From NCBI RefSeq assembly GCF_964213995.1, contig NC_135822.1:21266001-21330000 (forward strand): a DNA stretch of 64,000 bases. Reading direction: 5' to 3'. Below are positions 1 to 13,800 of the stretch, piece after piece (position 1 is the first letter of the stretch; the number at the start of each line of letters is the position of its first letter). The stretch comes from Mustelus asterias. Taxonomy: Eukaryota. Position numbers and translations under genes: made by a program. The notes under the pieces were generated by a model, which saw nothing but the letters and a program-made list of their open reading frames with translations, made no database searches and was not told where the DNA came from.

Positions 1-813
1 TCACTCTCAAAAATACAACCAGGTTTGTGGCTTTTGGAATCTTTTGGAGTTCTTCTGTTGATTCCTCTGTAAGTTCTTTCTGATTTGGTACCTTTCGCTA
101 GTTAGATATCTAAAGAGATATCTAAAGCTGGCAGAGTTGAGAGCTGCTCCCTCCCTCTCAAGGCTTGACAGGTGGCAGATCTTCAGTTGCTCTCCTGTTT
201 TTTTTTCCCTGCACTCTCTTTTATACCTGTGGTGACCTATCAATTTTCCTACAATAGGATTGGTCTGGTGTTGTCAACACCATCAAATTCAAATTTTAGA
301 GGTTCCTGGTAGCTGAGTGCCTGCTTTAAATTGATTGGGCTAAATGTTTTTTAAAAAGGTTGTCTTGTCAAGACGACTGCTTGACTTTTAGATACAAATG
401 TTTCCACTTGGACTCTATATGTACTTTGCATTTTAAACCTCCAAGCACTGAAACAAAACACCAGCTTTTAAAAGGGACATCACCATGTATTTTTTCTCCT
501 CCAGCATTTTTACAATTTTGTTTTTACATCTTTACCAACATCAAATTCCAACTTCACAAACTCAACTTCGCAACACATGTTGTTACCTTCTTGCATTTTA
601 GTAGCTTTTTAAAAATCAAGAGTACCTTTTTAAATTGGTTCCTTTTATAACCTAAATAGCTTGGGACTGGGCAAAGTGGGTTGAATAAAGAAAGAGAGTC
701 AGTTCATTCCTCCTTACCGGAGGTCCTAGCAATTTGGAGGGTATTCTGTCCAGAGTTTAGCAAATAGGGGCTTGTACCGAGGCAGTTCCAACAGAGGGGA
801 CAGAGGGTAACAA

Positions 814-878
814 GCTTGGGGGCCCTTGCTTGGGGGACCTTGCTTGGGGGACCTTGCTTGGGGGACCTTGCTTGGGGG
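814..878. repeat. 14-bp tandem repeat (ccttgcttggggga), about 5 copies
   Basis: Directly visible. Confidence 0.9.
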
Positions 879-3650
879 CAGGTCATAACAATATCAACAG
901 AAATTCTTACAGTCTGCTGTTATATTTCGAGCAAGATCTCTCTCGTGCACTAAACTTTCTCCCTTATTAATCTTTAAACTCAATTTTAGATCCCTCTTGG
1001 CTGCAACAATGGCCATTAACTTCAGCAAACTTGCCTCTCCAAACATGGTGATTGGGACAAACCTGAACAGAACAAGTCAGTTACCTGGAATTCAGTTCCG
1101 TAAAATGGAATGACATTAACTCTTGCTTTTTATTTCCAAATTGCAGTAATCAGGGCCAGTCAACAGTCCCCAACAGATGGTTCGTGCTTGGCCAGAGTTA
1201 TAATATTATGAAGAAATTAGAGGATAAATACAGGAAATGGAGGGAATAGCAATCTTCAAAATCATTTAATAATATACCAAGAGAGAGAGATAATGCAAAG
1301 ATAATAGGAGGTAAATGGAAAGCTGAAAAAAAGCCAAAACACAGCGATAAAAGGATGTTTCTCAAACAGATACGAAATGGACAGCAATGTTTCCTAGGTC
1401 TAGAGTTAAGCTGTCCTTATTTACTGTACACCTCTTGGGACTGGAGGGGACAGTACCTGAAATTTGCTCATTACACCCAAGAAGCAATTGTGGATTGTAA
1501 AAGACTAGAACAGCACATAGATCAACAGGTATGCAGCAGATACAGAAAAATCTAAAGTAAGAACATGGAAGAAAATATGCCTTAAATGATAAGGTCTTAT
1601 ATGGAATAAAGAAGCAGATAGACCTTGGTGTGTAGATATACACCAAGAATAAGAAAAGCACCAGCACAGATAGAAAGGGAAGCAGATCAACAGGTTTGTA
1701 TCCAGAGACATAATATTCATAAGCAGGAGGTAACATTGAGCTCGTACAAGACCTCAGTTAAGCTGCGTTTGGATTATTGTGTACAACTTTGGGAACCTCA
1801 TTATAGAAAGAATATAAAAATAATGAGCAAGATCCAAAGTAGAATCAGCAGGAATTGTGGCAGGACTGTTAGGAGCGAGAGATGATTTTAGGTAAGTTGT
1901 ATTTGATTTGATTTATTATTGTCACATGTATTAGCATACAGTGAGAAGTATTGTTTCTTGTGCACTATACAGACAAAGCATATAGTTCATAGAGAAGGAA
2001 ACGAGAGAGTACAGAATGTAGTGTTACAGTCATAGCTAGGGAAGAAGCTGTCCTTGAGTCGGTGGGCACATGGTCTCAGACTTTTGTATCCTTTTCCCGA
2101 CGGAAGAAGGTGGAAGAGAGAATGTCTGGGGAATACAATTCCCTGCTGCCATCAGACTTTTGAATGGACCTACCTTGTATTAAGTTGATCTTTTTTTAGT
2201 TGCCCTGGCAATAGGGGAAGGAAGTTCAAATGACATACCAACACACGTTTTCTCCGAAGAAGTGAAGACAGGCAGCTGAGGGAGAAGATCTCAGTGGAGT
2301 CCCGCCAGCTTCCTCCCTCTTTCTCCACCTGTTAAGCTTCGAACCCTGTTTGCCGAAGGTGGACATCCAGGGACGCCCTGCTGCACAGAGATTTCTCAAA
2401 GGAATCCAACCCAGAATGACCGCCACCCAAATAAACCAAACAACTCAGTCTTCTGCATCTTTAATTGGAAGCATCAAGCCGACCAATTCAACCTGATGCC
2501 AATTCAGTGTCCAAACTACAGACTTTGATTTTGATTTGATTGGATTTGATTTATTGTCACATGTATTAGCATGCAGTGAAAAGTATTGTTTCTTGCACTG
2601 TACAGACAATGCATACCATTCATGGAGAAGGAAAGTAGAGAGTGCAGAATGTAGTGTTACAGTCATGACTAGGGTGTAAAGAAAGTTCAACTTAATGCAA
2701 GGTAAGTCCATTCAAAAGTCTGATGGCAGCAGGGAATTGCCTTTGTTAGGAATAAGTTGCTGTCTTACGTTTAATTGCTATTTTTGTGTTTGTACCTTTA
2801 AAAGGGGGCTGCCTGAGTTTTGGTTTAACGTTAAAGAATTGCCTGAAAGTCTGGGGGGTTTGCTTGTACAGCTTGCATTTTAATTAGGTTTATGACCCTT
2901 GGTGAGAGCTGCGCTATCAAGGGGAAGTGTTTTAAGGAGGTTAAAACAAAGTAGAAACTGGACTGTTGATAAGCAACAGGGGACCTGGAGGAACTGAACA
3001 GAGGAGAGGAAACTGCAGAAAGCAGATTTCCAAAAGGAACAGGAGAAATTGCCAGAAATCAGGGAATGGGACAATCAGAAAGGCCCAGGGAGACACTTAA
3101 GTCAAGAAACAAGGTTCTGTTCAGTGAAGTTAAAGTAAGGAGCAGAGGAAATTAAAGACAGAAAGTGGGTTTGCGAGAAGCCAGAAGATCAGAGGAGACA
3201 TCCAAAGATTGTTGACTCCGTACTATAGGCCTGTGAAGATGGTGTGTTCCGTTGGTACAACGGAGTATCTGAGAGTGTGTGGAAGATGAAGCTTGAATGC
3301 ACATGGAGACCCATGGGGAAAGGAATGTCAGAAGGAAAAGCCAAAACCCTGGAGGTGGATCCTTAATGAAGGTATCCAAGTGAAAACATTGTTCGGAAGG
3401 AAATGCCAAGGCGAGCTCTTCGAGAGTGGAGATTGGAAGCCCAAGTTAAAAGACAGAGCTTCTGCGAGACCATTTCGCCCACAATGTGACAAACGTCTGG
3501 GTGGAGTTGATGAGAAATCCACACAGGTGGCATGTCACTTGGTTTCAGGATGTGGTTTGTCTGACTATAGTCTGACTATAGGTTTACAAGGACTATACCT
3601 ACTCTGAACATTAGAGTACAAGATAGTCTTTGTAACTTGTGTTATAAAAT

Positions 3651-3764
3651 AAAGTTTATTTATTAGTGTCACAAGTAGGCTTATATTAATACTTGAAGTG
3701 AAGTTGCTGTGAAAACCCGGGTCCCTGGTGCTGTGAGGCAGCAGTGCTAACCACCGTGCCACCC
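3651..3764 (-). mobile_element. Internally deleted HE1-like SINE (head joined directly to tail B)
   Basis: Head and tail present, central domain missing. Confidence 0.75.
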
Positions 3765-5181
3765 CTTACAAATCTGTATTTATCTGTAAAGATGTGTTGG
3801 GGTGAAGGAATAGTGTAATATAGTTCATCTTTTCTAGCTTAATAAATATTTATTATTTTGTTAAAAGTCCATCAGCAGACTCCCGTGACTCTGTTTAGTA
3901 GCTGCCCTCCATGTTTCTAAACAAAAAATAAAACTGAGGTTCAATCAAACCAGGTTCCACTCTGAGATCTGATTTGTCCAGTAGCAACATAAGCTGAGAT
4001 CATAACAGGGCAAATAAGCAGGAATGCTTCCAAAGGGACGATAACAAGGGGACACAAGTTTTAAGAGAAGGCATTATAATTTAATGTAATAATTAAATGG
4101 AGAGAGTAGAAACACATAGTTGGACAGAGGATGGTTATAATGTGGAATTCTTTGCCACGAGCCAATGTTGAATTAGAATCCATAAATACTTTTTCAATAG
4201 GGAATTAAAAAGTTCCTTCAAATGAAGAATATTAAAAAGTGTTCGAGTGCAAGCAGACAGCAGGGTAAACTATGATATGAGCTATTTCTGGGCTGTAACA
4301 TTCTATTTAGTTTCTGCTCTTACTTCCCCTCCCCCCCACATCCCCACCCACCACAGAAACTTGCATATAAACTGTTCCCTGCTTCATGCAATCTGTCCCA
4401 ACATCACAGGAACTCGTGAAATTTCAATTGCATTACGAAATAGGAAACTAGACCGAGGCAGCTAACAGATTCGAATTTTGCTGGCATGCTCTCCTTTCGT
4501 ACCCTCAACTTGTCATAATCAAGCTTCCTCCTGTTGTGACAGGAACGCAAGATAGTCTCTTTAGCTGAACCGAAGCTCCAAATGATTCCAATACAGACAG
4601 CTCTACTCATTCTGGAACATTCCAGAATTCTACGAGGCTCTTGACTTAAAGTCATAACTCACGATTCTGAAACATGATTGCAGACTCTTTTCTTCCAAAT
4701 TAAACCAGAGAGGAAATAATACTACATTCAGAATATTTTTATTGAATTCCAAACTTCACCACCTGCCGTGGTGGGATTCGAACCCGGGTCCTCAGAGTAT
4801 TATCTTGGGTCTCTGGGTTACTCGTCCAGTAACAATACCACTACGCCACCATCTCCCCATCTCGACCAGTTTCTGTGAATTGATAGTTCTGGGTACTCGA
4901 GCAGTAAACCAACCGCTCGTCAATTTATAAATAATTAAATCAATGCTTAGCACAGCAAGTGCAGTTAATGTTTTTAGGTAGTCTGACTGATGGAAGTTAA
5001 AAGGAGGATTTGAATCTCATAAATGGGATGAGATTCCCACAGGAGCAGCAGCTTCACGTCGGCATTTACTATCCTGAGTTTCTGGGTACAAAGTGATTAG
5101 AATACCTAAAATATGAGTTGGTGTCAGAAATAAAATGGTATGGTAAACCCCCATGAAAAATGGGACTGGCTTTTCAAATAA

Positions 5182-5284
5182 GCACTCACCTGAAGAAGGG
5201 GCTTGGGGCTCCGAAAGCTTGTGTGGCTTTTGCTACCAAATAAACCTGTTGGACTTTAACCTGGTGTTGTTAAACTTTTTACTG
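5182..5284 (+). mobile_element. 103-bp Penelope-like 3' fragment with hammerhead motif
   Basis: cac-ctgaaga-a-ggggc.ttggg.gctcc-gaaagctt-gtg followed by the family tail; flanked by 11-bp direct repeat ttttcaaataa. Confidence 0.75.
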
Positions 5285-5494
5285 TTTTCAAATAAAACCA
5301 CTATTTTATAGTGGTCTAGTTGGACCAAGGAGCAGCACAGGCTTGGAGGGCCGAAGGGCCTGTTTCCTGTGCTGTACTGTTCTTTGTTCACTGTCTCAAT
5401 ATAGTAGTCACTCCCCAACCTGAACTTCTTCACGATCAAAATTCCATCTCCAAAGCATTGCCCAGACCTGCTCCAGCCTCAGCCCATCTGATTT

Positions 5495-5788
5495 AAGTTT
5501 ATTAGTGTCACAAGTAAGGCTTACATTAACACTGCAATGAAGTTACTGTGAAAATCCCCTAGTTGCCACACTCTGGTACCTGTTCCGATAACACTGAGGG
5601 AGAATTTAGCATAGCCAATGCACCTAACCAGCACATCTTTCGGACTGAGAGGGGAAGCCGGAGCACCCAGAGGAAACCCATGCAGACACGGGGAGACTGT
5701 GCAGACTCTGCACAGACCGTGACTCAAGCCAGGAATCTACCCGGGCTCCTGGCGCTGTGAGGCAGCAGTGCTAACCACTGTGTCGCCC
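5495..5788 (-). mobile_element. tRNA-derived HE1/V-SINE-like element, tail type B
   Basis: Reverse complement of gtggttagcactgctgcctcacagcgccagg head plus central domain; tail cacagtaacttcattgcagtgttaatgtaag. Confidence 0.85.
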
Positions 5789-6738
5789 TCAGATCCTTAT
5801 TCATGACTGTCACCTCCAGACTTGACTATTGCAATCCTCTCCTATCCAGCGTGTTCTTCTCCCTAAATTTCAGTTCATCCAAAGCTCTGTTACTCGGATC
5901 ACACCTGCCCTCACTAACCTATATTAGTTCCCAATCCCAATAAAAATTCTCAATCTTGTGTTTAACGTCCCATCTCTCTGATTTTCCCCCTCCCTCCAAT
6001 TTACTCCCTCTTAAAAGTCTGCATTTTGCCAACACTTGGCTTTGACACATCCCCCCCCCCACCGGCCCCCCCCCCCAGCCCCACCCCTACCCTACCACAT
6101 ATGCCTGTGTCTCTGGTCCTCAGGGCTTCATGCTATGGGGATATTTGCCTCTCCTCCTCAGATTTCTTAAAAGTTACCTCTGACGAGTGCTTTATACACA
6201 GCTCCCCACATCACTTCCTTTGTCTCAGCATTCATTCACTTCCAATTACACCTCTGACACACAATGGGTTATTTTTCCACATTAAAAAGGGTTGGGAAAA
6301 TGCCACATTAGTTGATATTACCACATAATTTCACCAGTTGGACAGAAAAATAACGGATGTTGGCTGGGTAATCCATCACTCACCAGGTTGTCAGGAGCCA
6401 GTGCACGATGATGATCATCTGTGGGAACATGAATCCAAGTCATTCCGAAAGAACTAAAACAAATTCAACAACTTCAGAGACATAGACTGGACTAGAATCT
6501 CATTCTGTCACAACACCATCCCAAGGAGATCATACAGCATCTAAGATTGCAGCCTGGAACTCACAGTGTGCCTGTTATTTGGCTTGTAACTGGGACCTGG
6601 AGCATTTGACTAGATTCCAACTACAATTTAGAAGGAGTGAAAGGGAAAGAAATGGACAAGGGGAGAGGCAAAAAGAGAGGGGCAAGGGCAGGGGCCGTGC
6701 CCACACAGAGCGGGGGTGAGGGGGCCGTGCCCACACAG

Positions 6739-6938
6739 NNNNNNNNNNNNNNNNNNNNNNNNNNNNNNNNNNNNNNNNNNNNNNNNNNNNNNNNNNNNNN
6801 NNNNNNNNNNNNNNNNNNNNNNNNNNNNNNNNNNNNNNNNNNNNNNNNNNNNNNNNNNNNNNNNNNNNNNNNNNNNNNNNNNNNNNNNNNNNNNNNNNNN
6901 NNNNNNNNNNNNNNNNNNNNNNNNNNNNNNNNNNNNNN
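6739..6938. other. Assembly gap (200 N), preceded by a 30-bp-period GC-rich tandem repeat
   Basis: N run; ggggccgtgcccacacag occurs twice immediately before it. Confidence 0.99.
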
Positions 6939-6939
6939 A

Positions 6940-7500
6940 AACAAAATACTTTTCAACTGGTGAGATACAAAAAAAATGTTGATATTTGGAGATCCTGCAC
7001 AGAATCACAAAGAGTTAATATGCAGGTACAACAAGTAATTAGGAAATCAGCTGATATATTATTACAAAAGGATGGAGTACAGGAGTAAAAAACTCTTCCT
7101 TCACTTATATAGGGCCTTGGTGAGATCACACCTGGAGTATTGTGTAAGGTTTCCGTCTCCTTATCTAAGGGATAATATACTTGCCTTAGATAGAGTGCAG
7201 CAAAGATTAACCAGCATGATCCTTGACTTGAGGATTTCCTTAGAGTTGAAAAAAATGATTTCACTCAAAAATATATAAAATTCGCAAGGGACTTGACAGG
7301 CTGTATGCTTGCAGGAGATTGACGGAGGTGTCAAGAACTGGGGTGACTCTCAGAATAAGGGTTCAGTCATTTAGGATTGAGATGAGGAGAAACTTTTATC
7401 ACTCAAAACATGGTGAATCTTAGAAATTCACTATCACAGCAGCGTATTTCGGAGACTTTTAGATACTAAGGACAATGAGGAATCTGAGAATACTGCAGAA
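6940..7500 (+). mobile_element. Degraded CR1 ORF2 3' fragment
   Basis: LYRALVRSHLEYCV...LDRVQQR. Confidence 0.75.
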
Positions 7501-7799
7501 AGGTGGAATGTCTTTCAGGGAAGGAAAACTGCGGTCCTTACCTGGTCTGGCCTACATGTGACTCCAGACCCACAGCAATGTGGTTGACTCTCAACTACCC
7601 TCCAAGAACAACGAGGAATGGGCAACAAATGCTGGCCAGTCAGCGACATCCATGTCCCACAAATGAAACAGCCAATTTTAATTGAATGTAAGAAACTGAA
7701 AATATAAGAAAAGAAGCAGGGTGGACATTCAGCCTTCTGAGTTGGCTCTGTCATTCATTAAAAATTTGTATGTTGTAAGTCACAGAAAGGGGAAATAAA

Positions 7800-8220
7800 A
7801 CAACGTTTAGCACCTTTCATGACCTCAGATTATCCAAGAGCCAATTGAGAACTTTTGACTTGCAGTGACTGTTGTAGGAAATAGAGCAGCCAATGTGTAC
7901 ACAGCAAGGAACACAAACAGCAATGCAACAATGACCAGATAACCTGAGTGTTTTTTTTAAAGAAAATTAACGTCGGTTGAGGGCAAACTATTGGCCCAGG
8001 CACCAGTGACACCTCTTCTACTTTTTCTCAAAATGCAATTTTTTACATCCAATTGGCCTTGGTTTCATATCTGTCCAGAAGAAAAGCACCTCCAATAATC
8101 CAGTAGTCCCTCAATATTGTACTTGAGTGTCATCTTAGATTATGTGCTCACGTCCCTGAAATGAAACATGAACAAATAACCTGAGAAGTAAGAATGCTAC
8201 CGACTGAACCAAGGCTGATT
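7800..8220 (-). mobile_element. DeuSINE-like copy
   Basis: Reverse complement of the domain at 14.5-14.7 kb. Confidence 0.65.
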
Positions 8221-10760
8221 TAAATTCTCAAAACTTACGACTGGGAGGGGAGGATGGAAATTGCACTGTGGAATCAGCCTAGCACTTTTAAAAAATACAT
8301 ACATTAACCTTGGGTGTCACTGGCAGAACCAGCAATTATTGTTTATTTCCCTTCGGAAGATGGTGGTGGACCTTCTTCTTGAATCACGACAGTCAATGCA
8401 TGTTGGTGCTCCCAGAATACTGAGAATTCTTACAGTCTTGGTCCAGTAACAACGAAGAACAGATCTCAATCCTAGTTGAGCCAGTAACAAAAGAATAATT
8501 GACAGAAACCATTCTTCTGCATGGATTTCATTTTCTCTGCAACAGCCGTGGACTGAAATAATCAGGTCTAAATTGAGACGTGAGATGAACTGAGTCAAGG
8601 TTTTCTATTTCACAGTTTTTAATTGGTTGTCAGATTTGTTTGTTTCATGTAGACTAACATTAAAATTAAATAGAAAACAAAGGAAGTGCAAACCTGGTAC
8701 ATTATCATCCTGTCATCATGCATTCCATCACTATAAATTCACATGCAACACAACACAAAATGTAACCATAGCAATGTGACAAACAAGGTAACAATGTGAC
8801 AAATGATGCAACTATAACAATATGACAAACAATCTAACTAAAGCAATGCTTTGTAATTCATTCTTGGGATATGGGTATTGCTGCTCAGGCCAGCATTTAT
8901 TGCCCATCCCTAATTGCCTGTTAGAAGGTAACAGCAATCCACCTTCTTAAACCGCTACAGTCTGCATGGTGAAGATATTCCCACAATACTGTTAGGTAGG
9001 GAGTTCCAGGTTCTTGACCCAATGATGATGAAGAAATAGTGATATATTTTCAAGTCAGGATAGTTACGACAAACACTGTAACTGTTAACAATGTGACAAA
9101 CAATGTATCTATAAAAACGTGTGTAATTCTCTCAGCTTCAATTATTCAAGGTCGAGATTCCAGGATCACAACACCCCAACCCTTCTTGCAATATCTTTAT
9201 TGACCCTGTCCTAATATAAAAAAAACACAGGCTGCCTGAAATTAACAGCTAATAGTGGGAGGCTTTGCATTACTGGCACCCTCCTTATCTGACTCTAGGG
9301 GTGAAACTATTCCTCCATGTTTATCTCGGATCTTCCACAAAAGTTACAGAAGGCATCCAGGAGAATCCCGAGTAAATTTCTGGACTCAAGATGAGAGGTT
9401 GAGCTTTAACCTTACACAAATAGTAAATTACTGCAAGCACTATTGTAGAACTGAAGTGCCTATACTCAATAGCAATGAATTTCTGTTCTTTCCACAGGTA
9501 ATGATTGACCTGCTGAGTGTTTTCAGTATTTTCTGTTTCTAACTTTAACCCTTTCCTGGTTATAACACAAATTATGACAACGGATTAAAATTATTTGGTG
9601 CAAATTGCTGGGAAAAATATGTTGAACCAAGCTTGAACAGAACTTCCTTAATCTTTAAATGGATTCAGTAATAGAAATGATTGCAGTGCCCTGAAAGCAA
9701 GGAGGACCAGGTGCTTCCAAAGGGTTACCTATTTTCTGGATGTTATTGGAGAGCTTCTACAGTGTCAGTGTAATATCAGCCAGTTTTCTTATCACTATCC
9801 ATTCACCCTGCAGGGAAATCACAGTTATCAGGTGAGGACTGAGCTCAACTATGTTACTCTCCAGTCAGGTAGTCTACAAATATTCAACATCTCAGCTCAT
9901 ACATGAGTAATTTGGGCAAGGTACCACCCCCTTTGGAGACATAGCTCAGTAAAAGTCAAAATGGGGTAGGGTGAAACATTTCAGATCAATTCATTGTACC
10001 CAATTCAATTATTAAAGTTGATCAGAGCTTTGGACTGGGCCAGAACCTAGATTTTGTTTTACAAGTTAATTGTATTTATACAATAAAGTGACGGAATCCT
10101 ACAGGATAATCACTACATCATGTTAAATAAGCATCAATATCACAATGAGGACACGGTTAAAGCAGAAGAGTGATTGTGGCATCTGATTTTGGGAGAACAA
10201 TCATTAGGGACAGAGGCAGCTTTTTGGAGAAGGGTAAAATTTGATGGGATGTGGTCTTGGGTGAAGCTGCTTTTTGAGGACTGAGGGGAGGGACCTTAAA
10301 ACTAAACATTGACATCAAAAGATAACAAGCAACCATTATATTATAAGCCACCTTTTTGCTAAATAACATTCAAATTATATTTATAAAGCATGGCATTTCA
10401 AATTTAATTTTAGTGTTGAGCATGAGAGGCAGGACGTTAAAGTAATGAAGCTGTCATTGTATAATGGAACTATATGCAACAGCAGGGTAGTAGATTACAA
10501 TGCTTGGGTATTGGGTTCTGGGATTGTTGGACTTTAATATTGAGCTGTTGGGTGTATGTGGGGGGTATTGAATGTGACTAGGGGTACAGGAGTGATTGCC
10601 AAGGACTTCATTCCAGGCAGCTCTGACATGGCATCATCTATCTGGATAGTCTGGTGTATTTTTTTGGAGCCATCAAGATTTTCACTGCTGATAATGGAGT
10701 TGAAGATTTTCATTGACTGGTTGTTTGGGCCGAAACAGCTGGATTCCTTATGAGGTCTGC

Positions 10761-10873
10761 TCAGACCGTAATAAATGATCCATGGTCAACATTGACGGAA
10801 TCCGGTTCCACGCACCGTCCTCGCCTTCGGGTCACTCTCCGATTCCGATGGAATTTGGCATAACAGCGAAAAC
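10761..10873 (-). CDS. DRAXIN: DRAXIN last coding exon ([37 protein letters not shown])
   Basis: caccag acceptor, TGA stop at 10763-10761; conserved C-terminus. Confidence 0.96.
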
Positions 10874-13800
10874 CTGGTGAAGACAGAAGAGTTTTAGAGG
10901 GTTCAGTCCCCAGGACTTAGCTGACAGGACCTGACTCAGTCACCAACTTCACTTCAAGTGAAATAGCCTCTTTCCCCATTTACTATCTTGATATCTACAA
11001 TCCACACCATGGGTAGTTTGTGACACAGAGTCAAACCCCAGCCTAAACCTAATAGCATCTTGTTTGTGGACCAACATCTGTCTCCCAACAGCCTATCAGT
11101 ATCCCAGGACTTGACCTATGTTGTCACTAAGCAGTGAGCTCCCAATTTCAGGACCTCAGCTGACTTTGATTCACAACGCTGGAAAACTGATGAGGAGCCA
11201 GTGAGTGAGTGGGGAGCTTAAACCCTTAGGTCTGATGTCTACTACTCAGGACTAGGTAACTATGGATACACTTGAACCAGAGGAAACACCCACCTTCTGC
11301 ACACATACAATCATCATAACACTTGTTGTTCAGGCCCCGGTTGTGGGCTTTGCAGATGTGCTGTCGGAGGTCACAACACCAACCTGTAGGAAAAAGGCAC
11401 AAAACAAACTGCTCAGGTCATGATGTAATTTGATATTGGTACAAATTACCACAACTACTGTTGACATGTCAGACAGACAGACACTGCCCAGACAGATGTC
11501 ACAAAGATAGATATTGCACAGCCAGACACGGCACAGATAAAGCACAGACATCCAGATTCGGGTTAGCAGAAATTGCTTTAATTAAATATCAGTAAGATGG
11601 AAGCCATTGTCTTTGATCACTGTCAAAAACTCCATTCCCTAACCACCAACTTCACCTTCCTTCTTGCCCATTGTCTCAGATTGAACCAGACTGTCTGCAA
11701 CCTTGGGACATCCTCTCCATCCCCAAAGACAGCCTACATTCATTTTCCAAACATCACCTGTCTATCCCCTACCTCAGCCTATTTGCTGATGAAATCATCA
11801 TCCATGACTTTGTCACTTTGGACTTGACTATTCCAGTGCTCATATTGCCCAGTCTTCCGACCTTCACTATCCAGAAGTTTCAACTCATCCAAAACTCTGC
11901 AACCCACATCCTAACTTGCACCAAGTCCTGGTCTTCTATCACTCCTGTGCTCGCTGCCCCATGTGGCTCCTGGTCTGGCTATGCCTAGATCTTAAAATTC
12001 TCACTCTTGCTTTAAAATTCCTCCATACATCACCCATCACCACCACTTTCTCTGTAACCTCCTCTAACTGTAAAACATCCCTAAGATCCCTGTGTTCCTT
12101 CAATTCTGATCTCTTGTGTGTCCCACTCTCTTTGTCCCACTATTGGTAGTTGTGCCTGCAGCTTTCCAGGCCCCAAGCTTTGAAATGACCTCCCTCAACC
12201 CTTCCACATCTCACATCTACATTGAGATGCTCCTTAACACCAATCTCTTCAACCAATCTTTTCGTCATCTCTCCCAATATCTTATTCTGTAGCTAGGTGT
12301 CAATTTTTGCCCTGTTACAGTCATGTGAAATATCTTAGATGTTTTACTATGTTAGAGTGCTATATAAATGCACAGACTTGTGTGTAACTTGTTCTGCGTC
12401 TTAGCCTGAAGGGAAAAAGGTACAGGGCATCTACTTTCCCTCTGCTCAGCACGGTCTATTCTGGAAGATGCTGAATTTGGAATACTGGTCTTGATTTCTG
12501 TACCAGTGTATTCTATCTGGTCAGGAAGTTCAATCTTTACACCCTGGAGGTCACAGTGCAAATCTGCACACTTCCCAAATACAATGAGCTTTTTCCTGAA
12601 TACATTGTTATTTTTGATTTCAATGTAGGGTTCATTCCCCTTCAGTGTGAACAGTGCCACGTGTCCAATCACCACTGTTCTTTCTCTTCCCTGAGATGTG
12701 CTGAACTGGGTGAATCCTGCTGTTTCAAATCCTTCACTTGGTTACCCTTTGATTCATAAAGAACAAGGAAAAGGCTGTTAAGCTTTTCCAGTCCCTGCTT
12801 CCTTACAAACCATCTCTAAGTCACTTGACATCAGGAATCGTATAGATAATCACAAGACAGCCATGTGGTATGTGTTTTATAACTGTTTCAGTCATTGCCT
12901 CCAGTGATTATGCAGCAGCTGTGTGGAGATGGCAGCAGGACAGAGAATGTGCATCAGGCACTCAGCGCGGCAGGACACCATCCAGTCTTCTTTTGTTCTC
13001 CACTTGAGTTGGTAGCTCTGAGGTGCCAATGTTTTACTGCCTGCAGCACCGACAGTTAATCCCCCTCTGCTCCGTGAACTATTAGATTATTGTGTTCAAC
13101 AACTAATGTTAATGAGTCTCCCACTGGATTTCTTAGTCTCTGTTAAATTAACTGCACTGAGTCTGAAAGGTTGGGGGTGGGGGAGATAGTCAGAGTGAAA
13201 CCTGCAGTGAACAATCCTGGGATGAAGTAATCACAGCAATATTAAGCTATCAGATTAACTCTTTCAGTGTTCTTGCTGAGAACTGTTCCAGAGGACTGAA
13301 AGATTTAACTAGTTTAATCATTGCTCAAATCACATTTAGAAAGGAGCAATGTACATTTATAAAGTGCCTTTCTCAAAGCTCTTTAAATACATTGAAATAC
13401 TTTTGAAATGACATCATGAACAGGGTGACCAACTCTTAAGAAATAGAGTAAATGATGCTCCAGCTGTGGGACCAGGTTAGGAGAAGAGGGGGAGGCATGA
13501 GTGACCGTATGGGGGCTGGGAGCGGTTGCTGGTGCCCATAACTACAATAGCTTGCCCGGTGGCCGGCAGGCACCACGTGCATGCTGACAAAACACAAGGC
13601 AAAGACAAGAGAAGACTCCCAGGCTCAGTCTCCCAAAGGCTATCCTACAAATAATGCATGAAATGCATTCACAAACAGTCAAAATAAAAGACAATCCCTT
13701 AAATTACAGGACAGTTGGTTACCCTGGTCACTGTTGTAATAAAGAAAACGTGGCAGCCAATTTATGCATTGCAAGGTTTCACAGTGAGATGATGACCAAA

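Noticed and set aside
4755-4855. tRNA-gene-like A/B boxes (also in the SINE heads)
   Set aside because: These are SINE heads; no complete cloverleaf is evident.
6621-7008. ORFs spanning the N run
   Set aside because: Artefacts of the assembly gap.
8755-9115. acaatgtgacaaac repeats split by an insertion
   Set aside because: Degenerate minisatellite with no further structure.
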